The notes: generated from the sequence alone by a model not told the origin. 64,000 nucleotides of DNA from Thermoanaerobaculia bacterium (GCA_963719225.1 CAVRAY010000001.1:3776001-3840000), one strand, 5' to 3'; shown: positions 37,388 through 50,452, counted from the stretch's first letter. Numbers and translations are program-made.

Positions 37388-40009
37388 ATGAACATCGAGC
37401 GCTTTACCCACAAGGCCCAGGAAGCCCTTCAAAAAACGGCCCAGGCCGCCCGTAACGAGGGGCATCCCGAAGCCACGCCCGAGCACCTGACGCAGGCTCT
37501 GCTCCTTCAGGACGAAGGAGTCGTCCCGGCGCTCCTCGATAGGGTCGGGGTTGCGCCCGGACTGGCTCTCCAGGACGTCGAGAAGGAGCTCGCGAAGCGC
37601 CCGCGGGTGCAGGGCGAAGGGGCCGAGCCGCGCTTCTCGCCAGCTCTCGTGAAGCTGATCGATCTCGCCGAGAAGATCGCGGGAGAGTTCAAGGACGATT
37701 ACATCGCGAGCGAGCACCTGTTTCTCGCCCTCCTGCGCGACGGCAAGTCTCAGGCCGCGAAGGCCCTGCTCGCGCGGGGGCTTTCGGAAGCCTCGCTTCT
37801 CGCCGCTCTCAAGGACGTGCGCGGCGGCAGCCGCGTGGCGGACCCCGACGCCGAGGAGAAGTACCAGGCCCTGAAGCGCTACGCGAAGGACCTCACCGAG
37901 CTCGCCCGCAAGGGCAAGCTCGACCCGGTCATCGGGCGCGACGAGGAGATCCGCCGCGTGATGCAGGTCCTGACGCGGCGCACGAAGAACAACCCCGTCC
38001 TCATCGGCGATCCCGGCGTCGGCAAGACCGCGATCGTCGAGGGGCTCGCCCGCCGGATCGCCTCCGGCGACGTTCCGGAGACGTTGAAGAACAAGCGCGT
38101 CGTCTCGCTCGACCTCGGCGCGATGATCGCCGGCGCGAAGTTCCGCGGCGAGTTCGAGGAGCGCCTCAAGGCGGTCCTCAAGGAAGTCGAGGAGTCGGAC
38201 GGCAAGGTCATCCTCTTCATCGACGAGCTGCACACGCTCGTCGGCGCAGGCGCCGCCGAGGGCGCGATGGACGCCGGCAACATGCTGAAGCCCGCGCTCG
38301 CGCGCGGAGACCTGCGCGCGATCGGCGCGACGACGATCGGCGAGTACCGCAAGCACATCGAAAAGGATCCCGCTCTCGAGCGGCGCTTCCAGCCCGTGCT
38401 CGTCGGAGAGCCATCCGTCGAGGACACGATCGCGATTCTCCGCGGGCTCGCGGAGCGCTACGAAGTCCACCACGGCGTGAAGATCACCGACGCGGCGCTC
38501 GTCGCCGCGGCGACGCTCTCCGACCGGTACATCGCCGACCGCTTCCTGCCCGACAAGGCCATCGACCTCATCGACGAGGCGGCGAGCAAGCTCAAGATGG
38601 AGATCGACTCCATGCCGACGGAGATCGACGAGGTCGAGCGGCGCATCCTTCAGGGCGAGATCGAGAAGAAAGCCCTCCAGAAGGACGACGCGAAGGCCGC
38701 GAAGGAGCGGCTCAAGAGCCTCGAGCGCACGCTCGCGGAGCTGAAGGAGCGCTCGGCCGGGATGAAGGCGCGCTGGAAGTCCGAGAAGGACGCCATTACC
38801 GTCATCCGTGACCTCAAGAAGAAGGTCGACGAGACGAAGGTCGCGGCCGAGGGGGCGGAGCGCCAGGGCGACCTGAACAAGGCCGCCGAGCTGCGCTACG
38901 GCACGCTCACGAAGCTCCAGAAGGACCTCGAGACGGCGTCCGCCCGCCTCGCCGATCTCCAGAAGAACGGCGCCATCCTGCGCGAGCAGGTCGAAGAGGA
39001 AGACATCGCTTCGATCGTCTCGAAGTGGACCGGCGTGCCCGTCTCCAAGATGGTCGAGGGCGAGACGCAGAAGCTCCTGAAGATGGACGAGCGGCTGAAG
39101 CTGCGCGTCATCGGCCAGGACGAGGCCGTGCAGGCCGTATCCGCGGCCGTCCGCCGGGCCCGCGCCGGCATGAAGGATCCGAAGCGGCCCATCGGCTCGT
39201 TCCTCTTCCTCGGCCCCACGGGCGTCGGAAAGACGGAGCTCGCCCGGGCGCTCGCGGAATTCCTCTTCGACGACGAGCACGCGATGGTGCGCCTCGACAT
39301 GTCCGAGTATCAGGAGAAGCACACGGTCTCCCGGATGATCGGGGCGCCTCCCGGCTACATCGGCCACGACGAGGGCGGCCAGCTCACGGAAGCCGTTCGC
39401 CGCCGGCCCTATTCCGTGGTCCTCTTCGACGAGATCGAGAAGGCCCATCCCGACGTCTGGTCCGTCCTTCTGCAGGTGCTCGACGACGGGCGCCTCACGG
39501 ACGGCAAGGGCCGCGCCGTGGACTTCAAGAACGTCGTCATCGTCATGACGTCGAACGTGGCGAGCCCGATCATCCAGGAGATGCAGGGCGTCGACGAGAA
39601 GGCGCTCAAGACGCGCGTCGAGGCCGAGCTGCGCAACCACTTCCGGCCCGAGTTCCTGAACCGGATCGACGACATCGTCGTGTTCCGGCGCCTGGAGCTC
39701 GCCGACATCGAGCAGATCGTCGGCCTGCAGCTCCGGCACGTCGCCGAGCTCGTGGCGGCGCGCGGCGTGAAGCTCGCCTGGACGGACCCCGTGAAGACGT
39801 GGCTCGCGCGCGAGGCGTTCGACCCGCTCTACGGCGCCCGCCCTCTCAAACGAAACATCCAGAAGCTCGTTCAGGACCCGTTGGCGCTGAAGCTCCTCGC
39901 GGGCGACATCCACGAGGGCTCCGCGGTGACCCTCGCGCTCGCTCCGGGGGGCTCGGCGCTCGAGTTCCGGACCGAGCCGGCCGAACGGGCTGCCGCGAAG
40001 GCCCGATGA
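37388..40009 (+). CDS. clpB: ATP-dependent chaperone ClpB
   Basis: Two AAA+ modules ([16 protein letters not shown]) and a long coiled-coil middle domain; 873 aa. Confidence 0.97.
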   Translation: MNIERFTHKAQEALQKTAQAARNEGHPEATPEHLTQALLLQDEGVVPALLDRVGVAPGLALQDVEKELAKRPRVQGEGAEPRFSPALVKLIDLAEKIAGEFKDDYIASEHLFLALLRDGKSQAAKALLARGLSEASLLAALKDVRGGSRVADPDAEEKYQALKRYAKDLTELARKGKLDPVIGRDEEIRRVMQVLTRRTKNNPVLIGDPGVGKTAIVEGLARRIASGDVPETLKNKRVVSLDLGAMIAGAKFRGEFEERLKAVLKEVEESDGKVILFIDELHTLVGAGAAEGAMDAGNMLKPALARGDLRAIGATTIGEYRKHIEKDPALERRFQPVLVGEPSVEDTIAILRGLAERYEVHHGVKITDAALVAAATLSDRYIADRFLPDKAIDLIDEAASKLKMEIDSMPTEIDEVERRILQGEIEKKALQKDDAKAAKERLKSLERTLAELKERSAGMKARWKSEKDAITVIRDLKKKVDETKVAAEGAERQGDLNKAAELRYGTLTKLQKDLETASARLADLQKNGAILREQVEEEDIASIVSKWTGVPVSKMVEGETQKLLKMDERLKLRVIGQDEAVQAVSAAVRRARAGMKDPKRPIGSFLFLGPTGVGKTELARALAEFLFDDEHAMVRLDMSEYQEKHTVSRMIGAPPGYIGHDEGGQLTEAVRRRPYSVVLFDEIEKAHPDVWSVLLQVLDDGRLTDGKGRAVDFKNVVIVMTSNVASPIIQEMQGVDEKALKTRVEAELRNHFRPEFLNRIDDIVVFRRLELADIEQIVGLQLRHVAELVAARGVKLAWTDPVKTWLAREAFDPLYGARPLKRNIQKLVQDPLALKLLAGDIHEGSAVTLALAPGGSALEFRTEPAERAAAKAR

Positions 40010-40026
40010 CCAAGGAGGAAAGAGAA

Positions 40027-40506
40027 ATGAACCTGATCCGTTGGAACGATCCCTTTCGTGAGCTCGCGAGTCTTCAGAACCGCCTGAACCAGGCCTTCGA
40101 CTCGACGCTCACGCGCCCGAACCGGAACGAGGAAGAGCTCTTCACCGGGACCTGGGCCCCGCCCGTCGACATCATGGAGACGAAGGACAAGACGATCCTG
40201 AAAGCGGAGCTTCCCGGCTTCAAGGAGAACCAGATCCTGGTCCGGTTCGAGGACGGCGTCCTCTCCCTCGAGGGCGAGCGCAAGTTCGAGAAGGACAACG
40301 GCGACGAGAACTATCACCGCGTCGAGCGGAGCTACGGGAAGTTCGTCCGCTCCTTCACGATCCCGTCGAACGTCGACAACGAGCACATCTCGGCGGCGTT
40401 CGACAACGGCGTTCTCACCGTCGAGCTGCCGAAGCGCGAGGAGACGAAGCCGAAGCAGATCAAGATCACGCCGGTGAAGCCGGCCCTCGAGGCCCAGAAG
40501 AGGTAA
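40027..40506 (+). CDS. Hsp20/alpha-crystallin small heat-shock protein
   Basis: [23 protein letters not shown] and [10 protein letters not shown] motifs. Confidence 0.95.
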   Translation: MNLIRWNDPFRELASLQNRLNQAFDSTLTRPNRNEEELFTGTWAPPVDIMETKDKTILKAELPGFKENQILVRFEDGVLSLEGERKFEKDNGDENYHRVERSYGKFVRSFTIPSNVDNEHISAAFDNGVLTVELPKREETKPKQIKITPVKPALEAQKR

Positions 40507-40520
40507 CCCCGAAAGGGGGT

Positions 40521-40553
40521 CAGGGGGAAAACCGGGGTCCGGTTTTCCCCCTG
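40521..40553 (+). terminator. 15-bp-stem hairpin after hsp20 (probable terminator)
   Basis: CAGGGGGAAAACCGG-GGT-CCGGTTTTCCCCCTG; no long U tail. Confidence 0.7.
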
Positions 40554-40609
40554 CTGCTGAACATCTCCCGGACGTAGACTTCCCGTCCACCAAGGACCTC
40601 CTGAAGGAG

Positions 40610-42037
40610 ATGAAGCCTACGGACCAGGATCCCCCCGAGAAGACGGAGCGCGAGCTGCGGACGATCCTCGAGACGATCCCTGCCTTCGTCTGGACCGCCC
40701 GGCCGGATGGCGCGATCGACTTCATTACCGGCCGCCTGTTCGCGCAGACGGGTCTTCGCAGGGACGAGACCCTCATGTGGGAGTGGGCGAAGGTGCTCCA
40801 TCCGGAGGACCGCGAACGCGTCGTGCAGGACTGGCGGGACGCCATGGCCGCGGGGCGTGCCCCCGATCAGGAAATGCGGATCCGCGGCGCGGATGGGAAC
40901 TATCGATGGTTCCTGACCCGTTCCGCCCCGCTTCGGGACGACAAGGGGGCGATCCTCCGGTGGTACGGCACGCTCACGGACATCGATGTCCGCAAACGCG
41001 CGGAACAGGAGCTGCAGAAGCTCAAGGATCAGCTCCAGAAAGAGAACTTGGCCCTCCGCGACGAGGTCAGCCAGACCTCGATGTTCGAGGAGATCGTCGG
41101 CTCTTCGGGGCCGCTGCGGCGGGTGCTCGTGCTCGTGAGCAAGGTGGCGAGCACCGATTCGACCGTCCTCATCACCGGTGAGACCGGCACCGGGAAGGAG
41201 CTGGTCGCGCGCGCCATTCACCGGCGGTCGCCCCGGGCCTCGCGGCCGTTCGTGTCCGTCAACTGCGGCGCTGTTCCGCCGACCCTGATCACCTCGGAGC
41301 TTTTCGGCTACGAGAAAGGGGCGTTCACGGGCGCGGCGCAGCGCCACCTCGGCCGCTTCGAGCTGGCCGACGGGGGGACCATCTTTCTCGACGAGGCGGG
41401 GGAGCTCCCGCAGGAGACGCAGATCGCCCTGCTCCGCGTCCTGCAGGAGCGCGCCTTCGAGCGCGTCGGCGGCAGCCAGTCCATCCCGGTTGACGTCCGC
41501 GTCATCGCGGCGACGAACCGCGACCTCGACAAGGCCATCGCGGACGGCGCGTTCCGGAGCGACCTCTACTACAGGCTCAACGTCTTTCCGATCCACGTGC
41601 CGCCGCTGAGGGACCGCGCCGAGGACATCCCGCTCCTCGTCGAGTACCTCACACAGCGTTACGCGGCGAAGGTGGGGAAGCGGATCACGGAGGTGAGCCG
41701 GAAAGCCATGGATCTGCTCCGGTCCTACGACTGGCCGGGAAACGTTCGCGAATTGCAGAACGTCATCCAGCGGGCGGTGATCCTGAGCGAGGGCACGCTG
41801 GCCGTCGACGAGACGTGGTTCACCCGGCCGGCTGCGCGAACTGCGGGCGGCGCGCGCCCGCTCGGCCGGTTGAGCAGCCGCGAAGAGAAGGAGTGGATCG
41901 AGAGCGCCCTCGCGCGGTCGCGTGGCCGCGTCTCCGGCCTGGACGGCGCAGCGGCCGAGCTCGGCATCCCCCGGTCCACGCTCGAATCGAAGATCCGTTC
42001 GCTGCACATCGACAAGCATCGATTCAAGGCCGGATAG
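40610..42037 (+). CDS. PAS-domain sigma54-dependent enhancer-binding activator (FhlA-like)
   Basis: PAS (HPED), [14 protein letters not shown] and C-terminal HTH. Confidence 0.93.
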   Translation: MKPTDQDPPEKTERELRTILETIPAFVWTARPDGAIDFITGRLFAQTGLRRDETLMWEWAKVLHPEDRERVVQDWRDAMAAGRAPDQEMRIRGADGNYRWFLTRSAPLRDDKGAILRWYGTLTDIDVRKRAEQELQKLKDQLQKENLALRDEVSQTSMFEEIVGSSGPLRRVLVLVSKVASTDSTVLITGETGTGKELVARAIHRRSPRASRPFVSVNCGAVPPTLITSELFGYEKGAFTGAAQRHLGRFELADGGTIFLDEAGELPQETQIALLRVLQERAFERVGGSQSIPVDVRVIAATNRDLDKAIADGAFRSDLYYRLNVFPIHVPPLRDRAEDIPLLVEYLTQRYAAKVGKRITEVSRKAMDLLRSYDWPGNVRELQNVIQRAVILSEGTLAVDETWFTRPAARTAGGARPLGRLSSREEKEWIESALARSRGRVSGLDGAAAELGIPRSTLESKIRSLHIDKHRFKAG

Positions 42038-42136
42038 GCCGGGGGCTCGGGCGAATGGCGGTGTCGAAACCCGCCAATTGCCGAGGTTCGCCATCGGGCG
42101 CTGCGCTCAAGTGATTCGGCGTCAACAGCTTCACGC

Positions 42137-42151
42137 TGGCACCGCGGTTGC
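42137..42151 (+). promoter_or_regulatory. Sigma54 -24/-12 promoter
   Basis: TGGCAC-CGCGG-TTGC matches the TGGCAC-N5-TTGC consensus, 14 nt before ATG 42166. Confidence 0.85.
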
Positions 42152-42165
42152 GCTAGAGGCAATCG

Positions 42166-42441
42166 ATGGTTCTGAGGATTGAGCCCGCCCCGAACGACTC
42201 GCCGACGCTTCTCAAGCTCGTCGGGAGGATCGCCTCGCCGGACGTCCAAGAGCTGAAGGCCCTGATCGCGGAGATGCCGAACCCCGTCGCCCTCGACCTC
42301 CAAGAGGTGGATCTCGTCGATCTCGACGCGGTCCGCTTCCTGGCGGCGGTCGAGCGGGGAGGCCTCGAGCTCCGCAACCTTCCGCCCTACGTCCGCGCGT
42401 GGGTCCTCCTGGAGAGCGCGAGGCTCGGGGATTCCGAGTGA
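42166..42441 (+). CDS. Small STAS-like protein
   Basis: LKLVGRI...VALDLQEVDLVDLDAVRFL...YVRAW. Confidence 0.75.
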   Translation: MVLRIEPAPNDSPTLLKLVGRIASPDVQELKALIAEMPNPVALDLQEVDLVDLDAVRFLAAVERGGLELRNLPPYVRAWVLLESARLGDSE

Positions 42442-42479
42442 CGCGCTCTCTACCGACGAACCCAAAAGGAGAAACGGAA

Positions 42480-43199
42480 ATGGAACGGATGCTGGTCGTG
42501 GTTTTTGACAATGAGAAGAAGGCCTTCGAGGGCGAGTCGGCCCTCAAACAGCTGGAGCGCGAAAGTAGCTTCAGCATTTACGCGGGCGCGGTGGTCGTCA
42601 AGCATGCGGACGGCACTGTCAGCGTCAAGCAGCTCGAAGACTCCGGGCCGATCGGCACGCTCACGGGGACGGCCGTGGGCAGTCTGATCGGGGTGCTGGG
42701 TGGGCCGGTGGGGCTGGCCTTCGGTGCCGCATCGGGCCTCGCGCTCGGTGCGCTCTACGACGTCGACAACGCCCGCGTCGGCGAGGACTTCCTCGACGAC
42801 GTCTCGAAGTCGCTCACGCCGAACAAGGTCGCGGTCGTCGCGGAGGTGGAGGAAGAGTGGACGACGCCTGTCGACACGCGGATGGAGGCGCTCGGCGGGA
42901 CCGTGCTGCGCCGCACTCTCTGGGAGGTGGAAAACACCATGAACGAACAGGAGAGCGCCGCGATGAAGGCTGATCTCGAGCAGCTCAAGAGCGAGATCTC
43001 GAAGGCCCATGCCGACCGTAAGGCAAAGCTTCAAAAGAAGATCGCCGAGCTCGAGACGAAGATCGACGCGCAGCAGAAGAAGACGATCCAGCGGCGTGAA
43101 GCCTTCGAAGCTCGCCAGAAGGCGAAGAAGGACGTCCTCAAGCAGAACGCGAAAGTCGCCGCGGGCGCGCTCAAGCAGCTCGCGAACACCCCGGTCTGA
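42480..43199 (+). CDS. DUF1269-like glycine-zipper membrane protein with coiled-coil tail
   Basis: GTAVGSLIGVLGGPVGLAFGAASG; AAGGAG SD. Confidence 0.8.
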   Translation: MERMLVVVFDNEKKAFEGESALKQLERESSFSIYAGAVVVKHADGTVSVKQLEDSGPIGTLTGTAVGSLIGVLGGPVGLAFGAASGLALGALYDVDNARVGEDFLDDVSKSLTPNKVAVVAEVEEEWTTPVDTRMEALGGTVLRRTLWEVENTMNEQESAAMKADLEQLKSEISKAHADRKAKLQKKIAELETKIDAQQKKTIQRREAFEARQKAKKDVLKQNAKVAAGALKQLANTPV

Positions 43200-43231
43200 A
43201 CGAACTCAAGACGCATAAGGAGAAACTGACA

Positions 43232-43804
43232 ATGACCTCGCCTCTCTCTCACCAGGTTTCGAAGCAGGCCGGCTGGAGCCTCTTCATGGGCATCCTCACG
43301 GCCGCGATCGGCGTCGCCATGATCCTCTACCCGATGGCGACCGCCACCGTCTCCACGCTGTTCTTCGGGTGGTCCCTCATCCTCGCCGGCGCCGCGCAGG
43401 TTGTCTTCGCGTTCAGCTCGCAGTCGGTGGGGAACTTCTTCCTGAAGCTCCTCCTCGGCATCCTCTACGGCATCGGCGGCATCGCGCTCGTCGCGTTCCT
43501 GCCCGCGGGCGTGCTCACGCTGACCGCGGCCGTCGGGATCATGCTGGTCGCGGACGCGTTCATCGAGATCGTCCTCGCGTTCTCGGTCCCGGTCGGAGGA
43601 GGTCGCGGCTGGTTCGTGACCAGCGCGATCGCGAGCGGGTTGCTCGGCGTTCTGATCCTCGGCTCGTGGCCCAACAGCGCCGTCTGGACGATCGGGACGA
43701 TGGTCGGCGTGGCGGTTCTGTTCAACGGCATCTCGCGGGTCGTGATCTCCGGCGCCGTGCTCAAAGGGGTGCACGATTTCGAGCAGGTCCCGAAGGTCGC
43801 GTGA
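43232..43804 (+). CDS. HdeD/DUF308 family membrane protein
   Basis: Six TM segments with duplicated DUF308 pattern. Confidence 0.85.
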   Translation: MTSPLSHQVSKQAGWSLFMGILTAAIGVAMILYPMATATVSTLFFGWSLILAGAAQVVFAFSSQSVGNFFLKLLLGILYGIGGIALVAFLPAGVLTLTAAVGIMLVADAFIEIVLAFSVPVGGGRGWFVTSAIASGLLGVLILGSWPNSAVWTIGTMVGVAVLFNGISRVVISGAVLKGVHDFEQVPKVA

Positions 43805-43816
43805 TGATCTCGGGCG

Positions 43817-43855
43817 TGCGTCCGCGAGAGCCGCTGCCGTGCTCTCGCGGACGCA
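43817..43855. terminator. Perfect 15-bp-stem hairpin (terminator or mRNA stabiliser)
   Basis: TGCGTCCGCGAGAGC-N9-GCTCTCGCGGACGCA. Confidence 0.6.
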
Positions 43856-43913
43856 GCCGCATTGCTGCGAGGAAGCACGAGCTTCCGCACCTCGAAGAAA
43901 GGGTAAGTTCGTC

Positions 43914-44276
43914 ATGGCCACCGCACTCTGGATCGCACAGGGATTCGCCGCGCTCGTCTTCCTCATCACGGGCACTCTCAAACTGGTGACGCCGAAGGAG
44001 AAGCTCGCCGGGAAGATGCACTGGGCCGCGACGTGGCCGCCCGGCCGCATCAAACTGCTCGGTCTCGCCGAGGTGGCGGGCGCGGTCGGGCTCGTGCTCC
44101 CGGCGGCGCTGCACATCGCGCCCGTGCTCACGCCGATCGCAGGGGTGTGCCTGGCCGTGCTGATGCTCGGCGCCATCCAGACCCACCGGCGTCTTCGCGA
44201 AAGCTCCGCCCCGGCCCTGGTGCTCTCGCTCGTCTGCGTCGCGATCGCAGCGGGCCGGTTCCATCTCGGAGGATAG
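43914..44276 (+). CDS. DoxX-like family membrane protein
   Basis: [21 protein letters not shown]...[13 protein letters not shown]...AIQTH. Confidence 0.85.
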   Translation: MATALWIAQGFAALVFLITGTLKLVTPKEKLAGKMHWAATWPPGRIKLLGLAEVAGAVGLVLPAALHIAPVLTPIAGVCLAVLMLGAIQTHRRLRESSAPALVLSLVCVAIAAGRFHLGG

Positions 44277-44287
44277 AAAGGCTCGCA

Positions 44288-45874
<1,587 letters not shown>

Positions 45875-45878
45875 GCAC

Positions 45879-46799
45879 ATGCTGCGCATCGCCCACGTCT
45901 CTGACGTCCACGTTCTGTCCCGCCTCGGCGCCGAGTGGCGCCGCATGCTCTTCAACAAGCGGATCTCGGGATGGGCGAACGTCGTCCTCCGGCGCGGGCG
46001 CGTCCACCGGCGCGAGTACCTGCTGGCCGTGCTCGAGGAGGCCGCCGCGCGCTCCGACCACGTCGTCGTGACGGGCGACGTCACGAACATGGCGCACGAA
46101 AGCGAGTATCTCGAGGCGCGCCGCCTGCTCGACGACGTCGCCCGCCGGGTCGAGGTGTCGGTCGTGCCGGGGAACCACGACATCTACCTGCCGGCTGTCG
46201 GACGCGAGCGCCGGTTCCCGCATCACTTTGCTCCGTTCGTCACCGGCGAGCGTGCCGCTCTTGCGGTCCCGCTGCCGGCCGGCGACTACCCGTTCGTGAG
46301 GCTGCGTGGGCCGGCGGCGATCATCGGCCTTTCGAGCGCCGTCCCGCGCCCGCCGTTCGTGTCGGGCGGCGTCCTCGGCCGCGAGCAGCTCGCCGCGCTC
46401 GAGAGTCTCCTCGCGCTCCCCGAGGTCGCGTCACGCACACCCGTTCTCCTCCTCCACCATCCCCCGGTGGACGCGCGGAGCATCGTCGCCCGGCTGCGCG
46501 ACGGCCTGATCGACGCGGATCGGCTCCGGACCGCCCTGGATCGCCTCCCGCGCGGGCTGATCCTCTTCGGGCACGTCCACGCGAGGTCGCACGTCGCGCT
46601 CCGGACCTCGACGGGGACTCTCGACGTCGTCTCCGCGAGCGGCGCCGCGCTCGACCACCCCGATCCGCGGATCCGGGCCGGTTTCAACCTCTACGAGATC
46701 GCGAGGGACGGGGCGGTGGCGGGCGTCGAGTCGTACGCCCTCGACGCGTCGGGGAAGGGCTTCTCCCGCGTGGCGATGCCCGGGAGGATCGCCTCGTGA
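45879..46799 (+). CDS. Calcineurin-like metallophosphoesterase
   Basis: SDVH, TGD, GNHD, HHPP and GHVH motifs. Confidence 0.9.
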   Translation: MLRIAHVSDVHVLSRLGAEWRRMLFNKRISGWANVVLRRGRVHRREYLLAVLEEAAARSDHVVVTGDVTNMAHESEYLEARRLLDDVARRVEVSVVPGNHDIYLPAVGRERRFPHHFAPFVTGERAALAVPLPAGDYPFVRLRGPAAIIGLSSAVPRPPFVSGGVLGREQLAALESLLALPEVASRTPVLLLHHPPVDARSIVARLRDGLIDADRLRTALDRLPRGLILFGHVHARSHVALRTSTGTLDVVSASGAALDHPDPRIRAGFNLYEIARDGAVAGVESYALDASGKGFSRVAMPGRIAS

Positions 46800-49444
46800 G
46801 CTACCGCCGCGTCCTCCTGATCGTCGAGCTCGGGGGCGACGTGGCGCCCGCCACCGCGGCGATCCGGCGGCTCGCCCCAGAGGCCGAGCGGCTCGTCGTG
46901 GTGGCGCGCGCCCCCGGCCGCGACATCACGATGCTGTCTCACGACGCGCCCGGGGACCGGAACGCCGCGGCGTCGCTCGCCGCGCTGCGCGCGGCTACGG
47001 CCCGCCTTTCGCTCCGCGCCGAGGTGATGCTCGCCGAGGAGCTCGGCACCGACGCGCTCGCCGCGCTCTCGAAAGCCGCCGGGATCGATCTCGTCGCCGC
47101 CGCGGGACTTCCCGCGAACGCGATTCCGCTCGTCGCCGGGCTCCGCAAGCGTCTGACGCTCCCGGTCCTCTGGATCGGCGACGCGCCCGCAGCCGAGGGG
47201 CCGATGCGCGAGATCGTGTGCGCGGCGTTCGGCTCGCGGGCACGAGGCGCGGTCGCCGCCTTCCTACGCGATCACGGGAGCACTGACGTCCGATGCACGA
47301 TTCTCGGACCGCGCATCCCCGACGCCCGTCTCATCGAGGCGCTCGCTGTGGCCGGGATCGCGGCCCGCGTCGAGTTCGCATCGCCCGGCGCGGCGCGCCT
47401 CCCGGCGCCGGACCTCCTCGTGCTGCCGCGTTTTCCGGGCGCACTCCTTGCGGTCTCGTCGCGGCGGGCGCCCGTCCTCGTGCTCCCTCCTCTCATGGCG
47501 CCGCAGACCTTCAGGCGAAGGATCGATGTGGCGGACGCCGTCGATCTCGGCGAGCCGGTCCGAATCCGGATCACGCACGACGCGGGCGCGGGAAGGCTCG
47601 ATCCGATCCCGGATCAGGAGATCGCGTTCGTGGCACGCGGCCGAACGGCCGGCAGAGCCGGGAGCCTTGACGGATTCGCGGAGCTCCCCGCCGACGGCGC
47701 GGATTCGTTCGGCCTGTTCCGGACAGCGGAAGCCCCGGGCTCCGACCCCGTCGCGGCCGTAGAGCAGCGCATCGGGGTGATCCGGCCCGGCCCCGGGCCG
47801 CTCGGACTCTTCGACGCGGAGCTGGCGGACGACGGCCTCGCGCGCCTCGCGCGGATCGGCGGCCCCGGCGGACCCGATCTCCTCGCCGTGCGCCTGCGCC
47901 CGGTCCGAAGCTGTAAGTCGATTCGCGCGAGGCTCGCGTCGTTCGGCCTCGCCGAGGTCGTCGCCGACGCGAGCGCCGTTCTCGACGAGGGCGCGGCGCT
48001 CGACGTGCCCGGGGAGGCGGATCCGGTGCGGCTCGCTCGCGTCGCGGCCCGGATGCGCGGCGCCGGGTTCCCGGTCGCCTCGGTGGTTCACGGGGGCCTT
48101 CACACGCCCCGCACGACCGGATTCGCCGCCCTCCGGGCCGACGAGGTGGCCGCGGCGTTGCCGCTCTCCTTCGACCCTCCCGCCCGGACACAGGCGCTCG
48201 CGTCGCGGCTCGATGCCGCGACGGGCTCCTTGGCGATCCCGGGCAACCGCGTCGAGTTCGAGCTCGACAACCCGACGGCTCGGGGATGGCTCCTCGACGC
48301 ACTCGCGCGCGCCACGCGCCGCATCCACTTCCAGGTCTACATGGCGATGGACGACGACGTCGGCGGCCCGGTGGAGTCCGCGCTCGCCGCGGCGGCGGCG
48401 CGGGGCGTCACGGTGCGGGTCGTCGTCGACTCGCTGCACGGCCTCCACGGCTCCTTCGGTCTGACGAACCCTCTCCTGACGCGCCTCGGCGCCCGGCCAG
48501 GCGTGGAGGTGCGTCTGACGCGCCCCGTCACCGGCGCGCCGTCGATCGAGGACCTGAAGCAGCGCGACCACCGGAAGGTCGTCGTCGTGGACAGCCGCCT
48601 CGCTCTCGTCGGCGGACGGAACCTCTCTCACGAGTACTACGCGGGCTTCGACGAGGTGGCGCTCGGGCCCGCCTCGCTCTGGCGCGAGGTGCCGTGGCTC
48701 GACGCCGGGGCCCGGGTGGAAGGACCGGCGGTCGAGGCGCTCGAGCGCTCGTTCCTCGACGCGTGGACCGCCGCCGGGGGCTCGCCGTTCGACGTGGCGC
48801 CGCAGGAACCGGCGGGGGGCGCGGCGGCGCGGGTCGTCGTGCACCACGGTCTTCGCGACGCGGCGACGCTCGAAACCTACCTCGCGCTCATCGACGCCGC
48901 CCGCTCGCACGTCTGGACCGTGAACGGCTTCCCGCTCGTCCTCGAGATTCAGCACGCGCTCCTCCGCGCGATCGCCCGGGGCGTCACGGTGCGCGCGATC
49001 GTCGGCCACACGACACCGACGCACGAGGAGACCCCTTTCCACGGGCCCTGGAGCACGGCGCGGCAGGCCGCGAGCGAGCTCGTGGACTCGCGCCTCGACG
49101 CCCTCGTCGCGGCCGGGGCCGAGGTGTACCGGCTCGGGGTCCGCGAGCGCCCGGGCTGGGCCGCGGGGCTCGGCACCGTGCACCCGCACGTGCACGCCAA
49201 GGTCGTGAGCGTGGACGGCCGCGTCTGCTCCGTCGGGAGCGCCAACCTCGACGTCACGGCCGCCTACTGGGAGGACGAGCTCCTGCTCGTCGTCGAGGAC
49301 GAGACGGTCGCGGGTCGTCTCGAGGCGCGTCTCGAGGAGATCGCCCGCGGCTCCGAGCGGATCGTGCCCGAAGATCCACGCTGGCGCGAGGCGGCGCGGC
49401 GGCGGACGTGGATGCTCCGCTGGCCGGGAATGCTGTCGGTCTGA
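46796..49444 (+). CDS. Phospholipase D/cardiolipin-synthase-like protein with a long N-terminal extension
   Basis: Two HKD motifs (HRKVVVVD...GGRN; HAKVVSVD...GSAN); GTG start overlaps the upstream stop. Confidence 0.85.
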   Translation: MSYRRVLLIVELGGDVAPATAAIRRLAPEAERLVVVARAPGRDITMLSHDAPGDRNAAASLAALRAATARLSLRAEVMLAEELGTDALAALSKAAGIDLVAAAGLPANAIPLVAGLRKRLTLPVLWIGDAPAAEGPMREIVCAAFGSRARGAVAAFLRDHGSTDVRCTILGPRIPDARLIEALAVAGIAARVEFASPGAARLPAPDLLVLPRFPGALLAVSSRRAPVLVLPPLMAPQTFRRRIDVADAVDLGEPVRIRITHDAGAGRLDPIPDQEIAFVARGRTAGRAGSLDGFAELPADGADSFGLFRTAEAPGSDPVAAVEQRIGVIRPGPGPLGLFDAELADDGLARLARIGGPGGPDLLAVRLRPVRSCKSIRARLASFGLAEVVADASAVLDEGAALDVPGEADPVRLARVAARMRGAGFPVASVVHGGLHTPRTTGFAALRADEVAAALPLSFDPPARTQALASRLDAATGSLAIPGNRVEFELDNPTARGWLLDALARATRRIHFQVYMAMDDDVGGPVESALAAAAARGVTVRVVVDSLHGLHGSFGLTNPLLTRLGARPGVEVRLTRPVTGAPSIEDLKQRDHRKVVVVDSRLALVGGRNLSHEYYAGFDEVALGPASLWREVPWLDAGARVEGPAVEALERSFLDAWTAAGGSPFDVAPQEPAGGAAARVVVHHGLRDAATLETYLALIDAARSHVWTVNGFPLVLEIQHALLRAIARGVTVRAIVGHTTPTHEETPFHGPWSTARQAASELVDSRLDALVAAGAEVYRLGVRERPGWAAGLGTVHPHVHAKVVSVDGRVCSVGSANLDVTAAYWEDELLLVVEDETVAGRLEARLEEIARGSERIVPEDPRWREAARRRTWMLRWPGMLSV

Positions 49445-49455
49445 GGAGGGGAGAC

Positions 49456-50439
49456 ATGAGAATCGAGAGAACCCGCGGGCCGGCGCGTCTGGCGCCGTTC
49501 CCCGTCCACGAAGGCCTCGTCGAGCGCCTCCTCGCCGCACATGCGTTGCCGGAAGCGCCGCGCGACGAGGTCCTCGCCCACGCCCTCGGCTGCTGCGCGG
49601 GCTACGCGTACGCGGACCTCGACACGGTCGCGACGATCGCGAGCCGGGTGGGGCTCGACGAGTGCGCGGGCGTGCGGCTGACGCAGGTCGTCGACGCGAT
49701 GCTCGTCTTCTCGACCGCCTATCTTCTCCAGAGCCGGTGCGGGCGCGTCGTGATCCTCGGCTACCGCGGCACGGAGCCGTCGAACCTGGGGAATTGGCTC
49801 GGCGACGCGGACGTCGGTGCCGCCGCGATGGCGGTCGGGGGCGAGCGGCTCCGCGTCCCGGCGGGGTTCCACCGCAACGTGCGCGCGACGCGCTGGGCCG
49901 TCCTCCAGGAGCTCGGCGCGGCGCTCGAGGGCCGCTCGCTCTTCGATCCTGCCGCCCGCGTGGATCACCCGATGGACGCGCTCTACGTCACCGGGCATAG
50001 CCTCGGTGGGGCGATGGCGGTCCTCTTCGCGCTTTCGATCGCCCAGACCCCGGAGTGCCGCGCGATCGCGGAGCGGCTCCGCGCCGTCTACACGTTCGGC
50101 CAGCCGCTGACGACGGGCGCGCCGCTTCCGGCCGCCGCGAAGGAGCTCGGCAGGCGCCTCCATCGCCACACCCTCCCGGGCGACCCGGTGCCCGCGCTTC
50201 CGCCCGCGTCGTGGTGCCGCCTCGCCCACTTCGGCCGGGAATGGCGCTTCGGGGACGGGGGCTGGACGGAGCCTTCCGCTCCGGTCGCGCAGCTGACGAG
50301 CCTGCCGCGCGCGCTCCTCGCCCTCGCGGGAGGAAAGGTGCCCCGCGGGCTCTCCTCGGCCCGGGCGCACGCACCGGATCGCTACATCGCCGCGCTGCAG
50401 CCGGAGGACCGCGTCACCGAGCTCGGCGATCTGGTCTGA
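49456..50439 (+). CDS. Lipase class 3 family protein
   Basis: YRGT, GF, TGHSLGGA, YTFGQP and DPVP motifs; GAGGAGG SD. Confidence 0.9.
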   Translation: MRIERTRGPARLAPFPVHEGLVERLLAAHALPEAPRDEVLAHALGCCAGYAYADLDTVATIASRVGLDECAGVRLTQVVDAMLVFSTAYLLQSRCGRVVILGYRGTEPSNLGNWLGDADVGAAAMAVGGERLRVPAGFHRNVRATRWAVLQELGAALEGRSLFDPAARVDHPMDALYVTGHSLGGAMAVLFALSIAQTPECRAIAERLRAVYTFGQPLTTGAPLPAAAKELGRRLHRHTLPGDPVPALPPASWCRLAHFGREWRFGDGGWTEPSAPVAQLTSLPRALLALAGGKVPRGLSSARAHAPDRYIAALQPEDRVTELGDLV

Positions 50440-50445
50440 GCCGTC
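50367..50445 (+). repeat. 79-bp direct repeat, copy 1 (3' end of the lipase gene)
   Basis: Matches 51139-51217 at 77 of 79 positions. Confidence 0.95.
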
Positions 50446-50452
50446 CGGCGAC

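Noticed and set aside
37319-39913. 864-aa ORF antisense to clpB
   Set aside because: Typical antisense shadow of a strongly codon-biased GC-rich gene
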